64,000 nucleotides of DNA from Polyangiaceae bacterium (GTDB taxonomy: Bacteria; Myxococcota_A; Polyangia; Polyangiales; Polyangiaceae): the NCBI GenBank assembly GCA_050287085.1, contig JBNKBE010000004.1:192288-256287 (forward strand). The letters are read 5' to 3'. Below, one piece after another: positions 9,159-17,997 of the stretch. How positions within the stretch are numbered: the first letter of the stretch is position 1; every line of letters starts with the position of its first letter. The position numbers and the translations under genes were made by a program. The notes under the pieces are model-generated. The model was given only the letters and a program-made list of their open reading frames with translations, searched no databases and was not told the origin of the DNA.

Positions 9159-10408
9159 CCACGCACCCGAGTCACTTGAGCCCGCGTGCCGTTCGCGCCC
9201 TCAGGGAGCAAGGCTGAATTGGTATGAAAAGCATTGTGTTCACCATAGCCCTCCGTTCGGGGCAAGACCGGACTCAGACTCGAACCTGCGCCGACGCGAT
9301 AGAGCTTGCCCCGCCAGTTGATGCAGCGAACGTACCACCCTCTGAGCCAGAGCCACAAGGCGAGCCATTCGCGCGCGGCATTCCAGGCAAGTACTGCGGG
9401 GCGCGGCCAAGCGCCGCCCATGAGTCGCTGGGAGATGCTGAGCACAGCGCCGCGGAGCGCAAAGGTTCCAAGCAGCCACTGGGGGGCGAGCACCCAATGA
9501 CCCAGCAACCACCCGCTCCACCACAGGGGAGCGGCCAGTGGTCCCGGATTGAGCAAGAGCTCAATCGCGTAGCCCGTGAGGCTCACCCGACGTCGCATCA
9601 CAGCCCAGCGCGTGTGTCGATTGATGAAGCGTCGCAGCGTCCAGTCTTCATGCCAAGCGACGATGGGGGTCGCGGCTGTTGCGACGCGGTAGCCTGCCGC
9701 TTCCACCGCTTGGCCGAGTGCATAGTCTTCGGCCAGATAGCTTGACACCTGGCGGAGTCCCCCCAAGGCTCGGAGCGCGCTGCGGCGGAGGAACATCGAC
9801 TTTCCGATCACGCATGTCCGATTCGCCATGAAACGCGCCGCACACACAGCGGGGGCAACAAACGCGTTCAGTTGGAGGTTCTCGAGCTCGGCGGCGACTC
9901 CCCGCCCCCCGCGCCCCGACACCAGGTGCGTCACGAGACCCACGTCTGGCCCTACTCCATCGAGGGCGGCTGACACGTAGCTCGAGGTCAGGCGTACGTT
10001 GGAATCGGATATCACCAACCATTCGGTAGCGACGCCTTCCGCCATGTGGTCGAGCAGCGCGACCTTCGGGTTGATGAACGCGCCGCGTTCGCCGATTCGT
10101 AGCTCTACCTGGCCGCGATGGCGGGCGCGAAAGCGCTCGAGCACGGGAAGGGCTGGGTCGAGACACGACGCGACCCCGACCACCACACGAGTTGCAGGAT
10201 GAGTCTGGACGCAGAGCGGCTCCAAGGTGTGGCTCACCTGGCCGTCGAGGCCGCAAAAAGGCTTGAGCACCGTGACCGACTCGCGGTTCGACGGCCCGCT
10301 TGGGCGCTTTCGGAGCGCGTACCAGAGCATGGCGTGGGCCACACAGAAGATGCCTACCGCGCACAGGTAGAGCGTGGAGAGGCCCGAGAGCACCCAGTTT
10401 CCGTCCAT
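9155..10408 (-). CDS. Ceramide glucosyltransferase/HpnI-like membrane glycosyltransferase (GT2/GT21-like)
   Basis: N-terminal TM, VLKP.CG, NPKV, ISDSN, LAEDY, RHTRW, C-terminal TMs and W.G..Y. Confidence 0.82.
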   Translation of the reverse strand: MDGNWVLSGLSTLYLCAVGIFCVAHAMLWYALRKRPSGPSNRESVTVLKPFCGLDGQVSHTLEPLCVQTHPATRVVVGVASCLDPALPVLERFRARHRGQVELRIGERGAFINPKVALLDHMAEGVATEWLVISDSNVRLTSSYVSAALDGVGPDVGLVTHLVSGRGGRGVAAELENLQLNAFVAPAVCAARFMANRTCVIGKSMFLRRSALRALGGLRQVSSYLAEDYALGQAVEAAGYRVATAATPIVAWHEDWTLRRFINRHTRWAVMRRRVSLTGYAIELLLNPGPLAAPLWWSGWLLGHWVLAPQWLLGTFALRGAVLSISQRLMGGAWPRPAVLAWNAAREWLALWLWLRGWYVRCINWRGKLYRVGAGSSLSPVLPRTEGYGEHNAFHTNSALLPEGANGTRAQVTRVRG

Positions 10409-10600
10409 GGCAGCAGGTTGGCCTGTGTACGAGACAGGCGTGCAGCACGTCCGCGACGGCTTAGAGACGAATGCGTTGCGCCCCTGTGAAGTGGGGGCCG
10501 GAATCGAGGGGCGCCCGGGGCGTGAAATCCGGCATCAGTGGTCTCTTCGCGCGGACTTCCATTGCAAGGCGGCGCGACTGCCTCTAACGTCCGCCTCACT

Positions 10601-11584
10601 ATGAAGACTCCCGTATCCGTCGCGGTTACCGGCGCTGCCGGTCAAATCGGCTACTCTTTGTTGTTCCGCATCGCCTCGGGCGAGATGTTGGGGCCGGATC
10701 AGCCCGTCATCTTGCGCCTGATCGAAATCGAGCCCGCCATGACAGCGCTCGAAGGCGTGGTGATGGAACTCCAGGACTGTGCTTTTCCCTTGTTGAAGGG
10801 CATCGTCCCGACCGCCGACTTGGCAGAGGGGTTCAAGGGTGTCAGCTGGGCATTGCTCGTTGGCAGTGTGCCCCGCAAAGCCGGGATGGAACGCAAAGAC
10901 CTGCTCGGTATCAACGGAAAGATCTTCACGGGTCAGGGGCGTGCGATTCAGGACAACGCCGCGTCTGACGTGCGCACGCTCGTAGTCGGCAATCCGTGCA
11001 ATACCAACTGTCTGATCGCGATGAACAACGCGCCGGACGTCCCCAAGGACCGCTGGTTTGCCATGACCAAACTCGACGAGAATCGAGCCAAGAGTCAGCT
11101 CGCAATCAAGGCGGGGGTTGATGTGACGGAGGTCAAGGATCTCGCCATTTGGGGCAATCACTCCTCGACGATGTATCCAAACTACTTCGACGCCAAGATC
11201 GCGGGCAAGCCGGTCACGGACGTCATAGCGGACGACACGTGGATGCGCGAAACGTTCATTCCGACCGTGCAGCAGCGCGGAGCGGCCATCATCAAGGCTC
11301 GCGGCTCCTCGTCAGCGGCCTCGGCTGCGAACGCCGCACTCGACACCGTTCGCAACATCGTCAACCCGACTGCCGCGGACGACACCTTCAGCGTGGCGAT
11401 TTGTTCGGACGGGCAATACGGAATCGAAAAGGGGCTGATGTTCTCATATCCGATCAAGAGTGATGGTAGCAGCCTAACCGTCCAAGAGGGGCGTACCCTC
11501 AACGAGTTCAGTCAGCAGAAGGTCAAGGCGACCGAGCAGGAGCTGAAAGAAGAGAAGGCAATGGTCGCCGACTTGCTTGGCTGA
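10601..11584 (+). CDS. mdh: Malate dehydrogenase
   Basis: [57 protein letters not shown] at 10601 preferred over the track start. Confidence 0.97.
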   Translation: MKTPVSVAVTGAAGQIGYSLLFRIASGEMLGPDQPVILRLIEIEPAMTALEGVVMELQDCAFPLLKGIVPTADLAEGFKGVSWALLVGSVPRKAGMERKDLLGINGKIFTGQGRAIQDNAASDVRTLVVGNPCNTNCLIAMNNAPDVPKDRWFAMTKLDENRAKSQLAIKAGVDVTEVKDLAIWGNHSSTMYPNYFDAKIAGKPVTDVIADDTWMRETFIPTVQQRGAAIIKARGSSSAASAANAALDTVRNIVNPTAADDTFSVAICSDGQYGIEKGLMFSYPIKSDGSSLTVQEGRTLNEFSQQKVKATEQELKEEKAMVADLLG

Positions 11585-11605
11585 GTCCTAACACTGTCAG
11601 GATAG

Positions 11606-11637
11606 TTCGCCCCGTGACTCCCAGGTCTCGGGGCGAA
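11606..11637 (+). terminator. Stem-loop after mdh
   Basis: ttcgccccg...cggggcgaa 9-bp inverted repeat about 20 nt after the stop; U-tail weak. Confidence 0.5.
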
Positions 11638-11875
11638 TCCACTTTGTATGGTGCTTCAAGCGGCGCATGCGGTTCGAAGCGCTCATCCGCCTTGGGATCC
11701 GTCTTAGGGCCGGCAGCTGGGAAAGTCAGTCGCGGGCCGGTCGAGACCGCCGCGAGGTGGGCGCGTGAGAAGCGAGCACCGGCAAGGGCTACTGAATGAG
11801 GAGCACAGCGACGAGCCGCCCCCTACAGCAAGAGTAGCGGGCGGCGGAGCACGGCTTTCCACTCGCGGGCCTTAG

Positions 11876-12493
11876 CTACTTGGTTGCGTGCCGCTCGCGA
11901 AATGCCGCTATCGCCGGCAACTTCGATACACGCTGATAGATCCCCGTGAGCTTCTCGAAGGGTGCCAACACGTCGCTTGGGATGTGATCGATGATGCCGC
12001 TGGCTATCCAGTTGTAGATGACAAATAGCTTGATGTCGGCCACCGTTGGGGATTCTCCAAAGGCATAAGGGCCGGCGAGCTGCGCTTCGACGGCGGCGCC
12101 CCACTCGGGTAGCAGCCCTTGGGCCAGCTGGAGGCGTGCCTCGCGGCGGGCTGATTCGTCTTCGATTCGCAGCGTTGCTGCCAGACGACCTCGGAGGTCT
12201 TCGCCAGCGCTCAACAACATGTCGCAGCGCGCCGCATCCCACGCGTCCTTGGGGTATAGGCCGTGGTGGCGGCCGATGTAGCCAAGTATCGCGTTGACCT
12301 CGGAAAGTGCCGGCCTTCCCGCTTGCGCGAGAGTTGGAACCTTGCCGAAAGGCGTTGTTGACTTGCGCTCGGTCCAGTCGGCGCGCTTCAGGCGTTCGTC
12401 TTCGAAGTCTACGCCTGCGAGGCAGAGCGCAAGACGGCACTCCTCGCCGCGGCTGCCCGGGAAGTCGAAATAGGTCACTTTGAGTTGGCTCAT
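11876..12493 (-). CDS. Glutathione S-transferase family protein
   Basis: LKVTYFDFPGSRGEECRL, TPFGKVP, LSE..AIL.YI, TVADI. Confidence 0.92.
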   Translation of the reverse strand: MSQLKVTYFDFPGSRGEECRLALCLAGVDFEDERLKRADWTERKSTTPFGKVPTLAQAGRPALSEVNAILGYIGRHHGLYPKDAWDAARCDMLLSAGEDLRGRLAATLRIEDESARREARLQLAQGLLPEWGAAVEAQLAGPYAFGESPTVADIKLFVIYNWIASGIIDHIPSDVLAPFEKLTGIYQRVSKLPAIAAFRERHATK

Positions 12494-12548
12494 AGCGGCC
12501 GTATATAGGTCTTGCGGACGCGTTGACCAGGCCCCTCCGCGTCGATTG

Positions 12549-13316
12549 TCATCGCCCGGCTGCCGTTTCGAGCTGGTGCCGCCACTCTGCCAGCATGGAC
12601 GCGCTGATCGCGTGTGGCACGTTCGGAAATACCGTCAGCTGTGCCGGGATCCCCAGAGCCTTCAGGGCGGCGGTCGTGGCTTGGGCGCCCCTCGCCGGGA
12701 CCACGGGATCAGCGGCCCCGTGTAGCGCAAAGACTGGCACCCAATCGGTGCGCGCTACGGCCCGAGCGAGGAGTTCCTGGGGGAGCGTACCGGACAGGGG
12801 CAAGGCAGCCACCAGCTTATCCGGGTGCAGCAGGGCCAGAGCATAACTCAGGGCTCCACCTTGAGAGAATCCCGTCACGATGGGTTTACCCAGGTTCTTC
12901 GGATCCTCGCGCAGTGTTTGAATCCAGCTGGCCACGATGGCGGCGGCTTCTTCCACACGCGTCGCGGTCAGCGGTCCATCGCGTCGCAGCGAAGCTCCGA
13001 GCCAATCGAATCCGCCCCCAGCCCGGCGACGCAGGCCTTGGGGAATGTATACGCGGAAATAGGAGGAACGCTCGCTGAACAAGGAAGCGAACCCCTCCGG
13101 AGTATCCCCAAGACCGTGGAGTGCTACGATCCAGGGACCCGCCGCGTTCCCCTCACGTTCGAGCAGCAGGTGTGGCAACTTCACCCGGGGAACGTTCTGA
13201 CGACGGGCGGCCTCGGGCGCTGCTGCTTTGGACGAGGGCGCACCGTCGCGCCGCGAGCACGCAATGAGGCTGAGGGCACAGAGCGCCGCCGTCGCCGCCG
13301 GCCAATGATAGCTCAA
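12549..13316 (-). CDS. Phospholipase/carboxylesterase (alpha/beta hydrolase), likely lipoprotein
   Basis: LIAC lipobox, LHGLGD, GFSQGG nucleophile, HGAADPVVP, H in PHAIS. Confidence 0.88.
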   Translation of the reverse strand: MSYHWPAATAALCALSLIACSRRDGAPSSKAAAPEAARRQNVPRVKLPHLLLEREGNAAGPWIVALHGLGDTPEGFASLFSERSSYFRVYIPQGLRRRAGGGFDWLGASLRRDGPLTATRVEEAAAIVASWIQTLREDPKNLGKPIVTGFSQGGALSYALALLHPDKLVAALPLSGTLPQELLARAVARTDWVPVFALHGAADPVVPARGAQATTAALKALGIPAQLTVFPNVPHAISASMLAEWRHQLETAAGR

Positions 13317-13945
13317 GTCTCGGCGCCTCCGTGGTGGTCTGCGTGGGCGCGTACGGCGCCCAGCAGCGCCAAGAACTCCTCATACGCGGCGCCGATCGCC
13401 GCCAGGCCCCAGTAGCCGAGGGCCAAGACGCGCGGCGCCGTTGCGGCTGTGATCCCTCCAAGGGCGAAGGTCTTCGTTTCTTGTCTCTCGAACGCGCGTA
13501 GGACTTCTTGCTGACGTTGGGGCGCAAGCGACTGCCGACCCTTTCGTGGCGAGACGACCGGCGAAACCAGCACAAGATCTGCCGCTGGCAGCGGTTCACC
13601 CTCGTGCCAGCCTGAGGAGAGAAGCAATCTCCTTCGCGTCGTCTCGGGTCGCAGCTCGTGGGTCTGCAGCGCCCGCCCACCAACGTGTAGTCCCGCACTC
13701 TGACACAATACCGCGAGGTCAAGGCGATCCACCGCCAGCAAGGGCACCCCGCGCAGCCGCGACTGCAGCGCCCCCATCAGTTCGAGGTAGGCGCGCACGC
13801 TCAGTCCTCGCTCTCGGCATATCAAGCCTGATAACCCCTGGCCGTGAGCTCCGAGCTGTTCGGCCAGCTGCAGCGTCGCCGCGAGGCCATAACGCGCCAC
13901 ATCGGTCAGGGCGAGCAGCCGTGGAATCGCGCTTGCGGGTATCAC
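13313..13945 (-). CDS. Thiamine phosphate synthase/TenI-like TIM-barrel protein
   Basis: RLLALTD, R(E)R, DRLDLA..GLH, SPV, FALGGI; GTG at 13945 overlaps the upstream stop; in operon with thiG. Confidence 0.7.
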   Translation of the reverse strand: MIPASAIPRLLALTDVARYGLAATLQLAEQLGAHGQGLSGLICRERGLSVRAYLELMGALQSRLRGVPLLAVDRLDLAVLCQSAGLHVGGRALQTHELRPETTRRRLLLSSGWHEGEPLPAADLVLVSPVVSPRKGRQSLAPQRQQEVLRAFERQETKTFALGGITAATAPRVLALGYWGLAAIGAAYEEFLALLGAVRAHADHHGGAET

Positions 13946-14334
13946 CGCCCGACTCTCCTCTCCGCCCTGTGCAGGCCCGCTGTCAGCAGCCCCGAAGTAC
14001 AAAGCACTCCGAGAACGTCAGCCAATGCATCGCCCCAGGAGGCGTCGCGGTGCGGAATCGTGCTTTGCCACAGCTCCAGCCCCAGCCCGATGAAGGTGGC
14101 GTAGACGGCGGCCAGTGCGAGCCCCCAGCCGCGGCCGCGACTGCGTCCGCGACAAAGGTGGATTCCGGCGGGCCAGGCGACCGCCACCAAGACTCCGAAT
14201 GCAACAAAATGCAGGAGCTTGTCGTTCACCGAGGGTGCTCCCGGGGGCATCGGCGCAGAGCCGCCGACAAACAAGAGCACTGCGGCCGCAAGGGGCGTGA
14301 GGTACACGCCGGCCACTAGCAACCGGTGGCGCAA
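13942..14334 (-). CDS. VanZ family membrane protein
   Basis: DKLLHFVAFG, ELWQSTIPHRDASWGDALAD. Confidence 0.85.
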   Translation of the reverse strand: MRHRLLVAGVYLTPLAAAVLLFVGGSAPMPPGAPSVNDKLLHFVAFGVLVAVAWPAGIHLCRGRSRGRGWGLALAAVYATFIGLGLELWQSTIPHRDASWGDALADVLGVLCTSGLLTAGLHRAERRVGR

Positions 14335-14345
14335 TGCTGCGGGAT

Positions 14346-15119
14346 TCAGATGACGCCTTCAATGGGACTGGACGCATTGGCATAACGCCGGCGCGGCATC
14401 CTACCCGCCAGGAAGGCGGTGCGTCCGCTCTCCACTCCGAGCTTCATGGCGCGAGCCATTTCGATCGGGTGTTTTGCGCCCGCGATCGCGGTATTGACCA
14501 GAACGCCGTCACAGCCGAGCTCCATCGCGCGTGCTGCGTCACTCGCCGTGCCGACGCCAGCGTCGACGATCACGGGGACATTCGCTCGCTCGATGATGAG
14601 GGATAGATTGTGTGGGTTGCGGATCCCCAGGCCGCTGCCGATCGGCGCGGCGAGGGGCATCACGGCGGCGCAGCCCACGTCCTCCAGTTTGCGGCAGATG
14701 ATCGGGTCGTCCATGCAATAAGGGAGTACCGTGAAGCCCTCTTTCACCAGTGTTCTGGCGGCTTCGAGTGTTTGCTCATTGTCCGGATAGAGGGTGTCTG
14801 GATCGCCGATGACCTCGAGCTTCACGAGGTCAGCGATCCCGAGCTCGCGTGCGAGCCGGAGCGTTCGCACGGCCTCCTCGGCCGTGAAACACATGGCGGT
14901 GTTGGGAAGCAAAGTCCAGGGTCCCTGCGTCAACATGGCCATCATCGACCCCTCACCCCGCTCCTTCAGGTTGACGCGGCGCAGAGCAACCGTCACAACT
15001 TGAGCGCCGGATACCTCAAGAGCCGCTTGGGTCTCCGCGACATCCTTGTACTTGCCCGTGCCTACGAACAGTCGAGAACCCAACGAGAACTGGCCGATGC
15101 GGAGAACGTCGTCACTCAT
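14346..15119 (-). CDS. thiG: Thiazole synthase
   Basis: [44 protein letters not shown]. Confidence 0.97.
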   Translation of the reverse strand: MSDDVLRIGQFSLGSRLFVGTGKYKDVAETQAALEVSGAQVVTVALRRVNLKERGEGSMMAMLTQGPWTLLPNTAMCFTAEEAVRTLRLARELGIADLVKLEVIGDPDTLYPDNEQTLEAARTLVKEGFTVLPYCMDDPIICRKLEDVGCAAVMPLAAPIGSGLGIRNPHNLSLIIERANVPVIVDAGVGTASDAARAMELGCDGVLVNTAIAGAKHPIEMARAMKLGVESGRTAFLAGRMPRRRYANASSPIEGVI

Positions 15120-15222
15120 GCTGGGTGGCTTACCGTCTGCCCGCTACAAACACCAGTCGCAAACGCGCAACGAGTGTGTGCTTGGCGCTGCTCGCCGCCC
15201 GCTCAGTCGCGGTCGTTAGCCG

Positions 15223-16593
15223 ATGCGGACCTACCTGGCCGCGCTATTGCAGGCGCTTGTCATTTGCCTGTTTCTGACCCCGTTGGTTCGGGCGCTGGCC
15301 CTACGTCTGGGTGCGGTTTCGCTCCCTGGTGGTCGAAACCTCAACAAGACCGCGGTGCCGCGTTTGGGTGGAGTGGCCATCGCCGTTAGCGTTTTCGCGC
15401 CGCTTCTGACGCTGGTGGTGGTCGATTCCTCAGTGGCGCTCACGATTCGGCAGCGCGCGGAGCTGACGTGGGGACTGGTGCTCGGCGGAGGTATTGTCGG
15501 CCTGATTGGCGCGATCGACGATGCGCGCGGGCTCCGGCCAAGCGTCAAACTGCTGGCCCAGCTGTTGGCTGCTACGGTCGCCTACGTGGCGGGTTACCGC
15601 ATTCACGGGGTGTCGTTGCCTTTTGCCGAACCCATGAGCTTTGGGCCTCTGTCGCTGCCGATCACGCTGCTGTGGATCGTTGTTGTCACCAATGCGGTCA
15701 ACTTGATCGACGGTCTGGATGGTCTTGCCGCGGGGGTGGTCTTTTGTGCGGCCGCTACGAACCTGGTGGTCGCTGTCGCCAGTGGAGAGTCGGTCGGACC
15801 GGTATTTGTGGGGCTGGTGATGAGCGCCATCATGGGCGCTCTGCTGGGTTTTCTTGCCTACAACTTCAACCCCGCCCGAATCTACATGGGCGACAGCGGG
15901 AGCTACTTCCTGGGCTTTCTGCTCGCGGCCTGTTCAATCGCGAGTCCCCAGCAGAAGGCCTCGACGACTACCTCGCTCCTGGTGCCGATGCTCGCGCTCG
16001 GCGTGCCCCTCTTTGACACCCTGTTGTCGGTGCTGAGACGTTGGCTCCAGCGGAAGTCCATACTTAGCGCCGACCGCGGGCACCTGCACCATCGGCTGCT
16101 GGACTTGGGACTCACGCATCGCCGCGCAGTGCTGGTGTTTTACGCTGTTAGCGCGGGGCTCTCCGCTGCGTCGATCGCTTTGGCGCTCGGCAGCGACGTT
16201 ACCGCGGGGGTTGTATTGGTGGGCTCGAGCGCGGTGCTCTTTGGACTGTTCAGGGTTGTTCGCCACCTCGAACACCTCGCCAGGGCACCCGGGGTGTTGA
16301 GCGCCGAAACCGAGCGTTTGGCTCAGCTCCTTCCAGAACTCATCATCAGCATCCAAACCCAGGGACGCGCCGCCCTGCCCTCGGCGATCGAGCGCATGCG
16401 GAGCGCTGGCGGTTTTGAGCACCTCTCGTTGGTTGAGCGCCAAACGGCCCCGGAGGAGCACACGACCCCGCTCGTGGCGACTTTCGAGGTGGGCGATGCG
16501 CGGCTGGAAGTGCATCGTCGCCTGCCCTTGAGCGAGGGTGAGTCGGCGCTACTGCGGGTGTTTGCTGCAACGCTCGAGCGCGTCGGCTCCTAG
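15223..16593 (+). CDS. WecA/MraY-family undecaprenyl-phosphate GlcNAc-1-P transferase
   Basis: PRLGGVAI, GAIDD, NAVNLIDGLDGLA, NFNPARIYMGDSGS, ADRGHLHH; multiple TMs. Confidence 0.92.
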   Translation: MRTYLAALLQALVICLFLTPLVRALALRLGAVSLPGGRNLNKTAVPRLGGVAIAVSVFAPLLTLVVVDSSVALTIRQRAELTWGLVLGGGIVGLIGAIDDARGLRPSVKLLAQLLAATVAYVAGYRIHGVSLPFAEPMSFGPLSLPITLLWIVVVTNAVNLIDGLDGLAAGVVFCAAATNLVVAVASGESVGPVFVGLVMSAIMGALLGFLAYNFNPARIYMGDSGSYFLGFLLAACSIASPQQKASTTTSLLVPMLALGVPLFDTLLSVLRRWLQRKSILSADRGHLHHRLLDLGLTHRRAVLVFYAVSAGLSAASIALALGSDVTAGVVLVGSSAVLFGLFRVVRHLEHLARAPGVLSAETERLAQLLPELIISIQTQGRAALPSAIERMRSAGGFEHLSLVERQTAPEEHTTPLVATFEVGDARLEVHRRLPLSEGESALLRVFAATLERVGS

Positions 16594-16643
16594 GCTTCAG
16601 CGCTGAGAGCGAAGGGAGCCGGCGCGCGGGCGCGGGGCTTGGC

Positions 16644-16916
16644 TCATACGAAACCGGCCTTGCGACCTTTGCCTTGTGCAGCGTCGAGAGAAAGCGCAAA
16701 AACGTCAGCTAGCGCGACGACCGAGAGCTCTCCGCGCTGTGTCCCGAGTTGCACGTGGGCGCCTTCCAGACGGATGCGATCAACGCGGGTCACGTTAAGG
16801 CCAACTCCTCCCCGCGCGACATGAACGCTCATTGTGCGCTCCTGAAGCACGCGCCACCCGTCTTCTTCGCTGCTTTGGGCCAGATCGATCGCGGTCAAGA
16901 ATTCTTCGGTCGTCAT
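16644..16916 (-). CDS. Small hypothetical protein (beta-rich, C-terminal RKAGF)
   Basis: 90-aa ATG ORF fills the gap downstream of the deacetylase. Confidence 0.6.
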   Translation of the reverse strand: MTTEEFLTAIDLAQSSEEDGWRVLQERTMSVHVARGGVGLNVTRVDRIRLEGAHVQLGTQRGELSVVALADVFALSLDAAQGKGRKAGFV

Positions 16917-16961
16917 AGTTCTAGTTGTGTGGTCTCAGATTGAGTCATAGAGGGCAATCCC

Positions 16962-17876
16962 TCACGTCGCAAGCCGCTTTGAAGCTTCGCTCAGGGTCAC
17001 GAATTGATAGCCCGCAGCTCGCAATTGAGCCACGACCCCTCGTAGCGTTGCGGCCTTGGCGGCGACGCTACGCCGAAGGTCGAACTGGTCGCGCGCGAGA
17101 GCGTGCAATCCGTCCCGGGAGTCGAGCAAGTCTACGCCATGGAGCTCGATGTTGATGAACGATTGCCCCACCAAGCTCTGCACGAGCCGTCGCGCGCCGC
17201 TGACGCCCATCAGGTTCAGGGCAGTTCCGATCACGGGCAGTCGGAGCCTCGGCGTCGTTTCGATGGGGAGCTCTAGCAGGCCGTCCCCCGGGCAGTAGTA
17301 GGGCCGTCCCACGTGGTAGGGGTGGCGCGGAGCGGTGAGCACTCGGGCGCTGTCCACCACCGACTGCGAGCGCCGTCCGAGCCAGCGCTTGCCTGTGATG
17401 AGGGTGGCTTTGAGGCCCCAGTAGGCGGGGCATGGAAAAACTGAAGAACTGTAGGCGAAGTCGAGTTCGACCAGCAGCTCATATACTTCGTCGGTAATCG
17501 TATACCCCGGGGCGCGGAATCCGAGGGGCGAGCGACCGGTGGTGTCGCGGATCGCCTGCGAGCAGGTGAGCAATTCCCGGCGCATCTCAGCTCGCGGACG
17601 CCGCGTGAAGTCGTAATAGTGGTTCTGGGTGTGGTTGCCGATTTCATGCCCTGCCTCGGACATGCGGCCGATCCTTTGGGCGTTTTGGCGGCGCTCCAGG
17701 TCGGCCCCGACCACAAATAGCGTTAGCGGCAGGCCGAGGCGTTTTGAGAGCGCGTCGTAGCGCGGCAGAGCGACGTCGTAGACCGCGTTTTGATCCAGTC
17801 CCGCGTAGGCGGCGCCATGTATCTGCTGGTAGCTACGGATCTCGTCGAGGTCGACCGAAAGAGCGCACAGTCGCAT
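16962..17876 (-). CDS. Polysaccharide deacetylase (CE4)
   Basis: SVDLD, TLFVVG, HEIGNHTQNH, GFRAPGY, YSSS. Confidence 0.88.
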   Translation of the reverse strand: MRLCALSVDLDEIRSYQQIHGAAYAGLDQNAVYDVALPRYDALSKRLGLPLTLFVVGADLERRQNAQRIGRMSEAGHEIGNHTQNHYYDFTRRPRAEMRRELLTCSQAIRDTTGRSPLGFRAPGYTITDEVYELLVELDFAYSSSVFPCPAYWGLKATLITGKRWLGRRSQSVVDSARVLTAPRHPYHVGRPYYCPGDGLLELPIETTPRLRLPVIGTALNLMGVSGARRLVQSLVGQSFINIELHGVDLLDSRDGLHALARDQFDLRRSVAAKAATLRGVVAQLRAAGYQFVTLSEASKRLAT

Positions 17877-17997
17877 GTCCCGTCAGGCTAGTGCAAAGGC
17901 AGGTCCAGCGCTCGACTTTCCGCGCGCCCGGTCCTACCGCTGGGACGGGTGCATTTGGGATGGGCTTTGAGCAGCGGAACCCCTACGCTGGACGCGC

